A stretch of DNA of 64,000 nt, taken from positions 1 to 64,000 of IMG/VR virus record IMGVR_UViG_3300003322_000730, one strand, 5' to 3'. The translations under genes were made by a program, and so were the position numbers. Shown in pieces: positions 45,495 to 53,971 of the stretch. Position 1 is the first letter of the stretch; each line of letters starts with the position of its first letter. Under the pieces are notes generated by a model. The model was not told the origin of the DNA and ran no database searches. It saw only the letters and a list, made by a program, of their open reading frames with translations. This stretch comes from a virus.

Positions 45495-48400
45495 ATGCCG
45501 CTTTCGTTAGGCCCGCTGAAAATAAACCTGAACGACAAATTAAGGACCGGATTCAGGGTAAAATATAATCTCCTTGTCGACAAAGTGATCAAGGATGGGC
45601 AGGCTTATACGTCAGGCATAAAGCTGATCACCCACGACGGCACTGAGATTGAAATAGACATAACCGAATTCTTCTACACAAAAGAGGCTATCGATGAAAT
45701 GTTCTTCATTGATTATGCCACAGAAGAAGAAGCCGGGAAAATACGTATTGCCACTATCGAAGAGGTTCTTGATGGTGAAGACGACACGACTGTTGTAACC
45801 CCTTATAAATTATTCCAGATGCTTAATGGCATCAGCGGAAGATATGTTACGGCCGGAGAAGACTTGGTTGCGGGGGATTACGTATATCTTACATTGCCAG
45901 AAGAAGAGGAAGAGCCTGATCCGGAAGAGGAGCCGGACTTGTATCCTACCATGGTAGCATTCAAAGCTATCGCTACATCCAGGGCCACAATGGCTATGGG
46001 ATTTGTTGAAGAAGATGCATTGGAAGGGGATGAATCGGCTATTAAGTTCTCTAGCAATGTAAATACATACCACACAGATTTAATACCTGGCAAATACTAT
46101 TATCTGTCAGACGAAGACCCTGGCGTACTCATTCCGTCGCCACCATTTTCAGCGGGCTCTGTAACCCAAGTAGTGGGATATGCAATCTCCAACTTGGAGA
46201 TGATGGTGGAAATAGACAAGCCGGAAATAAACGACACTACGCCATACGACACAGACTTTCCTGATCTGTATTTCTTTGTAGGAGAAGAATCTACCGAGTC
46301 TATATATCTCCCTGATTATATTTTAGAAGCCTACGAAGACACTGTATTCAGATATGAATATGTAGACCTTCCAGAATGGATTACGGATCATGTGGTTGTT
46401 TTTGACAATGCCAGCCTCACCGGCAAACCAACGGAGGTAGGGAAGTGGACTTCATATCTTGAGGCGATCGATGAGGATGGAAAGGTATTTAAACAGCCGC
46501 TGATTATCTATGCGATAGAGAAATCTGTTCCGGATACGGTATTGTTGGATACGACCACCCAGCCAGGAGAAGAAGTTGGAGCGATACCCGGCGCCTGGCC
46601 TATCCCTGACAGGTGGAACCCTTTGACCACAATAGACATCCAGCACGATGAAATAAGCATTCAGATCGTCGGAGGCGGCCCTGATGGACTCAGCGTGAAT
46701 GAGAAATATACCGAGCCGCTTCTTGACCCGGTAGAATCAGGAGAGTATCTTGGTGATCCCTATAACGGAGGTTTCGTTTCGTTGCCTGGTGTATACAGGA
46801 TGATTGTCTTGGCCTACTACAAAAAAAGAATTGTAGTTGAGGCGACGATCATTTTTACGCTATATGACGAAGAGTATCTTGGTAAGGCGAAAATAGAGCT
46901 ATACGATTCTGTCACTGACACGCTTATAGGGGAAGTGAATCCAGACGGTAGTTCTACTTTTATAAAGCCGGCCAATGGATTTGACCTGAAATTCACTATT
47001 GATGGCAACTCTCACTCAGAGGCGACATTGTCCTTGCTTTCTGCTGATGAGGTAATGAAGGAGCGAAAGATAGGGCCCATAACGCCCGTCGAAGATGCCG
47101 AGTATTTCCTTTACAATGCAGAGGCTCCCATACAGCCATCAGGAGATTACCAGGCATCTTTGACAATGAAGCTGTCGGGAACGCAAAATTACGAAAGGGT
47201 CACCCCATTCTCTATCCTTGAAGAAGAGGTAAAGCCAAAAGGAGGATTGATATTAGTGAGGATGCTTCCCAATACAATCAATCATGAAGTTATAGGGGAG
47301 CTACCCAAATCGGGAGGAGAGTTTGACTTGCCGGATTTGCCAGGGTGGAATACGCTCTCTGAATACGAAGGCGAAGAAATAGACTTTGAAGAATGGTTTA
47401 ACTTCGAGAAAAGGAATGGGTCTTTGTTTGAGTTTGACAGCTCACTGTATACTGGCAAACCGCAGGCTATCTCTTATACTAAGCCGGTAAAGAAAAGCAG
47501 TTTAAGGACGTTTTGGAACAAGGGGTCTGGCGATATTAATTCTATCCATAAATTTCCTTCATCATTCAGACAGATCGTTCGAAGAAAGGTTGGTGGCATT
47601 AACGGCAAGGTAGTCGACATTCAGATGGCCGACTTTTCCTTTCGTGAGCCTCTGTCTCCGGCAGATTACTCTGGGTTAAGGTTTTTGATTGACGACGCTG
47701 CCGGGCTTACTTTGATCGATACGAATATGCCTAAAACGGGCAGGGAGTATCAAATACCGGTCGCGCCGGCAAGATGGACTACATCTGTCAGATCTTTTGG
47801 CGGTGCATCGTTTAACAGGGTTAGAATCAAACTTCGGAAGTTCATTGGTGGATCGTTCGTAACACTTCATCAGTCTGGTATTGATTATCTGTACGATATC
47901 AATCTGGGTGGATCGTTCACGGAACTTGACAATGATCAGGCCACATTATTGACCGCACTGATAGGTGCAGGGGAACTTCGGTATGCCCTTGATCCATCCA
48001 ATGTTCAGCAGGTCATTGATGAGGCCGGAAGATATGAGGTGAGCTACCTGGGTTACTTGAATACTACGCTGGTAGGTACTTTGACTTCTGATTTTACGCT
48101 CATAGATCCAGACGAAGAAGAGCCGCCTATCGAAGAGTGTTGCGGCAGTGGAATGTTTGTGGTTTATGCGGGAGAGGGGTTGTCCGAGGTTGTTGACGAC
48201 AGATTAAAAACACTGAATGTTGAGTACGACAACATAGGCATTGGTATAAACGGAGCTAACCAGCTGTATATAAAAGCGGTGGATTTCGCCTTGCTGGGAG
48301 AGTTTATGCCAAGAACCATATTGGGCAACATGAATGTCATTGCTGGCAATGCATACATGGTTTCGGTCATAAACAACATGTCACTGGCCACTAATTCAAA

Positions 48401-51293
48401 CTTGGCTGATGCGTTGACATCAAAGCAATATATAGACTCGGCACTGACAGGGGCTATCACCGGAACGGTTGGGTATTTACCGAAATTCGGGACAACCACC
48501 TCATTGACAAACAGCATTGCGAGAGAAGTAACGGGAACCGTTTTCGTGGATGGATTTTTAGTTGTTGGCGCAACCACGAATGAGCGGCTTCGAATCTCTT
48601 CTGATGCCGCAAACCTATATGTAAACTTTGCTGACTCTTCGTTAACGAGCAGATTTGCTATACACTCTCAAGCTACAAAATTAGGCTTTGAGATTTCGGG
48701 AACAGAAGTTTTCAGGATTAACCAGTCAACTGCCGATGTAACATTCATCAAGGCTATAACTATCGGCGGCGCCCCGGCTCCATTGAACGTAACCAGCCAG
48801 TTATTGTGTACAAACCTGAACGCTGACCTCTTGGATGGACAGCACGGAGCATATTATTTGTCCCGGGCAAATCACACCGGCACTCAGCTAGCCAGCACTA
48901 TCAGCGATTTTAGCACCGCGACTTTAGCAGTAGCGTTGACAGGGTTATCCATTGTGGCTGGGTCACCTATTACGGCTTCCGATACGATATTGTCCGCTTT
49001 CGGGAAATTACAAGGCCAGGTAAATACCAATGCTGCCAGTGTTAGCGGAACCGCGGGTCAACTAGCATATTTCGTCACTAGCTCAACGATAGGCAATAGT
49101 ATCGCCAAGCAGGCATCTGGAACGCTTACCATCGAGGGTTTTGCTGTTGTAGGGACTACCGCAAATGAAAAGGTACGCATTGCGATGGATACCGCTAACT
49201 CATACGTGCAGTTTTCTGATGCGTCTCTTGTTAGTCGGTTCGCGCTGCATTCTCAGCCCACTAAGCTGGGATTCGAAGTGGCTGGTACGGAAGCTTTCAG
49301 GATTAATCAATCAACGATTGACGTAACGTTCGTTAAAGCCATCACGATATCGGCCACGACAACGGCTCCGCTTGTGGTAAGTTCTACAATACTGGTGACA
49401 AGCTTGAATGCTGATTTATTAGATGGGCAACACGGAATTTATTATCTGGATCGAGCAAATCACACCGGAACGCAATTGGCCAGCACAATCAGCAACTTCA
49501 GTGCTACCGTATTGGCCACAGCATTGACTGGACTGTCAATCGTTACCGGCTCAGCCATCACGGCTTCGGATACAATACTCTCAGCCTTCGGCAAGCTTCA
49601 GGGGCAAGTCAACACAAACGCATCGGCTGTCTCTGGCACTGCTGGGCAGTTGGCGTATTTTGTGACTGGATCAACGATCGGCAGCAGCATAGCAAAACAG
49701 GCTTCCGGCACTATGACGGTCGAAGGATTCCTGGTTGTTGGCGCGTCTGCTAATGAAAAAGTACGTATCGCCATGGATACGGCCAATTCTTATATTCAAT
49801 TTTCAGACTCTGCTCTGGTAAGCCGATTTGCCCTTCACGCACAGCCTACAAAGTTAGGTTTTGAAGTTGCGGGAACAGAAGTTTTCAGGATAAACCAAAG
49901 TACAGCAGACACTACTTTTATCAAGGCAATCAATATAAGTGCTACGCTTACATCTCCACTTGTAGTTGCGTCTACTATTTTAGTGACTAATCTGAATTCT
50001 GACCTACTAGATGATCAACATGGGGTTTACTATTTGGATAGGGCGAATCATACCGGATCACAAGCCATATCTACCGTAACCGGTCTTCAGACCGCTTTGG
50101 ATGCCAAGCTAACCGGTACGGGAACCGCAAACAGATTTGTAGTTTGGACCGGTACCAGTACAGTGGCTTCAAGTAACCTATTTTATAATGGCGGTAATGT
50201 AGGGGTAGGCGTCAACCCTGGATATCAATTTGAAGTGGCTGGGTCAATCAGATATAGCAATCAATTATCAAGTACGGTTGCTACTGGAACGGCGCCATTG
50301 GACGTTACCAGCACAACGTTGTGTATAAATCTGAATGCGGATCTTTTGGATGGACAACATGGCAGTTATTATCTCAGCAGGGCAAACCATACTGGTTCAC
50401 AGGCAATATCCACTGTTACTGGTCTACAGACAGCACTTGACGCCAAGCCGGCAGGTTCGGGCACGGCAAATTATTTTGCTCTGTGGACCGGAACTAATAC
50501 ACTGGGAGCGGGCACGCTTCAATATAATGGAGGCAATGTTGGCGTTGGCATGAACCCTGGGTATCAATTTGATGTCAATGGGTCAATACGTTATTCTAAT
50601 CAACTTGCGTCATCTGTAGCTACGGGTACTGCGCCGCTGGATGTCACCAGCACATCATTGTGCGTAAATTTAAATGCAGATTTACTTGACGGAAACCATG
50701 CGTCTGCCTTTGCTTTAGCAAGCCATACACACACTTCATCGCAAATAACTGATTTCACTTCGGCTGTCCGAGGGTCTATATCTGGCAGCGGCGGTATATC
50801 ATACAATTCAAGTACTGGAGTTATTTCTTATACAGGCGGAACCGGGATCAGCGGAAGTGGCACCAGTGGGGTGATCGCCAAGTGGACCGGTAGCGGGTCG
50901 ATAGGCAACAGCACAATAACGGACACCGGCACCGAAATTAACTTCGCAAATACAAGATCTCTTGGAGTCGAGGGTCCCGCCGCTATGCGGGACTACCTGC
51001 ACGTATGGGGATATTGTAATATGGGAACATCTTCTAATCACGGAACCTTATTGATACATCAAGCTAACTCTGGCACTATAAATGCGGCAGCGGCACTTGA
51101 AATAAGAAGTACAACCAAGGGAGTATTGTTCCCTATGATGACTACGACTCAAAGAAGAGCCATTAGCAGCCCCCCTGTTGGGCTGATTGTTTATCAGACT
51201 GATTCATCAGGTGCCGGTAGCAGTCAAGGATTATATAAACACTTGGGTTCTAATGTCTGGTCAAATGAGGACGGCAGTTATGTGGGAGCGTAA
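45495..51293 (+). CDS. giant tail fibre or adhesin
   Basis: ATEEEAGKIRIAT...VTP fibre repeat, DUF2190-like module, Ig-like domains, five NADLLDG.H repeats, C-terminal STTKG.L.PMMTT.QR.AI motif. Confidence 0.85.
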   Translation: MPLSLGPLKINLNDKLRTGFRVKYNLLVDKVIKDGQAYTSGIKLITHDGTEIEIDITEFFYTKEAIDEMFFIDYATEEEAGKIRIATIEEVLDGEDDTTVVTPYKLFQMLNGISGRYVTAGEDLVAGDYVYLTLPEEEEEPDPEEEPDLYPTMVAFKAIATSRATMAMGFVEEDALEGDESAIKFSSNVNTYHTDLIPGKYYYLSDEDPGVLIPSPPFSAGSVTQVVGYAISNLEMMVEIDKPEINDTTPYDTDFPDLYFFVGEESTESIYLPDYILEAYEDTVFRYEYVDLPEWITDHVVVFDNASLTGKPTEVGKWTSYLEAIDEDGKVFKQPLIIYAIEKSVPDTVLLDTTTQPGEEVGAIPGAWPIPDRWNPLTTIDIQHDEISIQIVGGGPDGLSVNEKYTEPLLDPVESGEYLGDPYNGGFVSLPGVYRMIVLAYYKKRIVVEATIIFTLYDEEYLGKAKIELYDSVTDTLIGEVNPDGSSTFIKPANGFDLKFTIDGNSHSEATLSLLSADEVMKERKIGPITPVEDAEYFLYNAEAPIQPSGDYQASLTMKLSGTQNYERVTPFSILEEEVKPKGGLILVRMLPNTINHEVIGELPKSGGEFDLPDLPGWNTLSEYEGEEIDFEEWFNFEKRNGSLFEFDSSLYTGKPQAISYTKPVKKSSLRTFWNKGSGDINSIHKFPSSFRQIVRRKVGGINGKVVDIQMADFSFREPLSPADYSGLRFLIDDAAGLTLIDTNMPKTGREYQIPVAPARWTTSVRSFGGASFNRVRIKLRKFIGGSFVTLHQSGIDYLYDINLGGSFTELDNDQATLLTALIGAGELRYALDPSNVQQVIDEAGRYEVSYLGYLNTTLVGTLTSDFTLIDPDEEEPPIEECCGSGMFVVYAGEGLSEVVDDRLKTLNVEYDNIGIGINGANQLYIKAVDFALLGEFMPRTILGNMNVIAGNAYMVSVINNMSLATNSNLADALTSKQYIDSALTGAITGTVGYLPKFGTTTSLTNSIAREVTGTVFVDGFLVVGATTNERLRISSDAANLYVNFADSSLTSRFAIHSQATKLGFEISGTEVFRINQSTADVTFIKAITIGGAPAPLNVTSQLLCTNLNADLLDGQHGAYYLSRANHTGTQLASTISDFSTATLAVALTGLSIVAGSPITASDTILSAFGKLQGQVNTNAASVSGTAGQLAYFVTSSTIGNSIAKQASGTLTIEGFAVVGTTANEKVRIAMDTANSYVQFSDASLVSRFALHSQPTKLGFEVAGTEAFRINQSTIDVTFVKAITISATTTAPLVVSSTILVTSLNADLLDGQHGIYYLDRANHTGTQLASTISNFSATVLATALTGLSIVTGSAITASDTILSAFGKLQGQVNTNASAVSGTAGQLAYFVTGSTIGSSIAKQASGTMTVEGFLVVGASANEKVRIAMDTANSYIQFSDSALVSRFALHAQPTKLGFEVAGTEVFRINQSTADTTFIKAINISATLTSPLVVASTILVTNLNSDLLDDQHGVYYLDRANHTGSQAISTVTGLQTALDAKLTGTGTANRFVVWTGTSTVASSNLFYNGGNVGVGVNPGYQFEVAGSIRYSNQLSSTVATGTAPLDVTSTTLCINLNADLLDGQHGSYYLSRANHTGSQAISTVTGLQTALDAKPAGSGTANYFALWTGTNTLGAGTLQYNGGNVGVGMNPGYQFDVNGSIRYSNQLASSVATGTAPLDVTSTSLCVNLNADLLDGNHASAFALASHTHTSSQITDFTSAVRGSISGSGGISYNSSTGVISYTGGTGISGSGTSGVIAKWTGSGSIGNSTITDTGTEINFANTRSLGVEGPAAMRDYLHVWGYCNMGTSSNHGTLLIHQANSGTINAAAALEIRSTTKGVLFPMMTTTQRRAISSPPVGLIVYQTDSSGAGSSQGLYKHLGSNVWSNEDGSYVGA
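48813..50700 (+). repeat. tandem protein repeats within the fibre
   Basis: xLNA/SDLLD motif starts at 48813, 49401, 49989, 50328 and 50667 (periods 588, 588, 339, 339 nt). Confidence 0.9.
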
Positions 51294-51357
51294 ATGTTTG
51301 TTCCTTACGTGACTACATTGTCGTATATTTGAAAAGTAAAATAAAAACTCGATAAAC

Positions 51358-51930
51358 ATGCAAAAATCAAAATTATTCATGTCTTTAGTGATAGAGACGG
51401 GGCTATTGGCCGAAATTGTGTCAAAGTGTAATAAATTAGAGTTCACAGAAGACATAGAACTATCAAAACTTGCGCTATTCTGTAAGGATATGGCCACACA
51501 TGATATTGGAGACGAGTATAAAAAGCTCTCCGAAGAAAAGCGTGATCTTATGGATAAAATCATTGCCCCGTTCAATGATCGCATTTCTGAGATGACCAAT
51601 GCAGGTGCCAGTCAGGAAGAAGTTGAGGCTCAAAGTGCTATTTTCAATGCCGAGGCCAACAAAGCGCTGAACTCTAATGAAGACATAAAATCGATCAACA
51701 GGAAAATAAGCAAACTGTTTGAAGAAAAGCCAACGTCAGAGATTCCTGTAGTTTACATATCAAACAAAGATTATAAATGTATATTTGATGACACAGAGAT
51801 GACTGATGAATATATGGGACTGACCCTTACTATGAAGGGATATGATGCATTAAAAGCGTTGGCAGCCAGAGGACATGTAGAGGTAAAGTCGGTAAACAAG
51901 CCGTCGGAAGAACTTGTAGAAAACCAATAA
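51358..51930 (+). CDS. helical protein, possible fibre chaperone
   Basis: Follows the fibre; TATATTTG box at 51324-51331. Confidence 0.55.
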   Translation: MQKSKLFMSLVIETGLLAEIVSKCNKLEFTEDIELSKLALFCKDMATHDIGDEYKKLSEEKRDLMDKIIAPFNDRISEMTNAGASQEEVEAQSAIFNAEANKALNSNEDIKSINRKISKLFEEKPTSEIPVVYISNKDYKCIFDDTEMTDEYMGLTLTMKGYDALKALAARGHVEVKSVNKPSEELVENQ

Positions 51931-51940
51931 TATTACAGAG

Positions 51941-53971
51941 ATGAATAACCAGCCGAGAAGTCTTGGTGATTTTATTGCCTTTAAGCTGAACCCGTTTCCG
52001 GTTCAGATGATATTTCCAGATTCCTATGCACTTCCGGCTGGCATTACTGTTGAAATATGGAATAACGGGGCAATAATGCCGAGCATTACGGTCCCTGTTG
52101 TAATTTCCGGCAACAGCATTTCTTTTGAGATAACACCTGTTCAACTCCAAGCACTACCAGCCAAGAAGGCTCAGTTATTTGTAAAGTTCGGGGCTGATGA
52201 CTATCGATTTGAGGCGCCAATCATCCCAACGCTATCTGGGTCTACTCCTGCTGGCAAGGTTATAAACGTCTCCGTAGATCTTAATCAGACCATTAGGATA
52301 ACATCCATTACGGATGACAGTGCCGTTGCTATCTCATCTCTCACAAAGAAGCTGGGTGATATGGTTTCGGCCACGCTGGAAGATGAGGATGTGTCATGGG
52401 AGCCGATTGTTGTTCCCGCAACGGCCATTGCCTCTTTAAATGGCGGGGTTGCAAATGGGGCCGCAAAATCAATCGTAATCACTTCTAATCACGGCAGGGG
52501 TACTGGATTGCGACAAACCGTGAATATGGGTTCTTTCATTGAAGTGTCCTCTGGTGATATTGTGTACCTGAGATCTTTATGGGTAGAATCCGTGGCGGGA
52601 TCTATTACGGGCAGCACGTTCTCGGTATCTATGACTGTAAATGGAGAGGCGGTTTATATACAGCCATCCTTTACCAGGCTGGATAGCACGACCTACCAGA
52701 TTGTTGTTCCTTATTTCAGGCAGACATCTAATGATACAGTCATTCTTAGTATGATTATAGGGCCTTCGGCTCCCACGATCGTCGGTTCTGTTGAATATGA
52801 CTGGGGTTCTTTGGAGGTTTCTAGCGGTAGTTTGTTGTTCACTCAATTCGGAGAGTTGCAGTCGGATTTGAATTCAAAAATGAAAATTCTCTATCCGTAT
52901 TACCAAAAGTCGTCGATTATATCTAAATGCGTAGGCGACAATGTGACCAACGAAGCGGCCAGGCTTACGGATGAAATTGGAGACGCCGCTGCGACATCCG
53001 GCGAGTTAAGGCTGCTGCCTAACAAAATTATCAGGACAAGCTCTGCTGTTGTAGTACAGGGTCAGGTCAAAATTAGCTGCCCGGAAAATGCCAATTGCAG
53101 AGTAAGTCCATTTCACAATGGGGATGGATTTCAGGTAAACACAGAACTACCAGTACACTTTGAGAACTTCGAGATATACAGGAGTCTCGGAAATGCCAAT
53201 ACCGCTACCGCGATCCGGTTTATGACAACTGTTGTCAACAATGGTTCAAGGATAAGAAATATGAAAATCGGTACAGATAAGGGGTTGGCTATTTTCAAAG
53301 CAATTGGTCTGGTTATAGAAAGGACCGAATTTACGGGAATTAAAGGGGCTAACGGAGCAGTAGCTGTTGACGAAGCCTCCACATCAACCACCGTAGAAGA
53401 TTTAGTTCTCAGGGAGTTGTCGTTTAAGGGTTGTACAGGGAATGTTCTCAACCTTTATTCCGTGAAAAACACAATGGTGAAAGACATAAAATACACCCCT
53501 GTTGGGTCTGATTATCCAGGCATTTGTTTCAGAGTTTCAGCTTCTACGGCGGGTAGCGCCTTTTCCGATTTGTATCTCGAAAATATCGTTTGTAACGAAT
53601 TTTTAACATACGGCATATATGCAAGTCTTGCGGCCGGCAAAACGCTTTCCAGAGTAAACATTCATAAGGCTACACTTATACCTAGAACTGGCACAACGCC
53701 AGCGCAAATGATGTACCTATTTGGATCTGACGCCAACTCAATTAATGATGTTGAGCTGTCAGGATTCAAGATTTACAATCCCCTCGTGGGCGTATTGGCG
53801 CAGAACGTAAATAACTTTGCTATTGGTGATGGGTTGTTTTCTCCGGTAGGTTCCGCAGCTGGACAAAGGGCCTTTTCGTTTACCAATGTAAAATACAAGT
53901 TTGGCTCGTTTATCCGTAACACGCATGTAGCAGCAGACAGTATAACAGGAACCTCATCAGCTCTTACGTAA
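51941..53971 (+). CDS. tailspike with right-handed beta-helix (pectin-lyase-like)
   Basis: VGDNVTNEA entry motif followed by periodic I.N/V.D strands; BppU-like N-terminus. Confidence 0.75.
   Translation: MNNQPRSLGDFIAFKLNPFPVQMIFPDSYALPAGITVEIWNNGAIMPSITVPVVISGNSISFEITPVQLQALPAKKAQLFVKFGADDYRFEAPIIPTLSGSTPAGKVINVSVDLNQTIRITSITDDSAVAISSLTKKLGDMVSATLEDEDVSWEPIVVPATAIASLNGGVANGAAKSIVITSNHGRGTGLRQTVNMGSFIEVSSGDIVYLRSLWVESVAGSITGSTFSVSMTVNGEAVYIQPSFTRLDSTTYQIVVPYFRQTSNDTVILSMIIGPSAPTIVGSVEYDWGSLEVSSGSLLFTQFGELQSDLNSKMKILYPYYQKSSIISKCVGDNVTNEAARLTDEIGDAAATSGELRLLPNKIIRTSSAVVVQGQVKISCPENANCRVSPFHNGDGFQVNTELPVHFENFEIYRSLGNANTATAIRFMTTVVNNGSRIRNMKIGTDKGLAIFKAIGLVIERTEFTGIKGANGAVAVDEASTSTTVEDLVLRELSFKGCTGNVLNLYSVKNTMVKDIKYTPVGSDYPGICFRVSASTAGSAFSDLYLENIVCNEFLTYGIYASLAAGKTLSRVNIHKATLIPRTGTTPAQMMYLFGSDANSINDVELSGFKIYNPLVGVLAQNVNNFAIGDGLFSPVGSAAGQRAFSFTNVKYKFGSFIRNTHVAADSITGTSSALT

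Noticed and set aside
48400-50800. Diversity-generating retroelement template/variable repeats
   Set aside because: The repeats are in-frame protein repeats with synonymous changes at all bases, not adenine-specific, and no reverse transcriptase is present.
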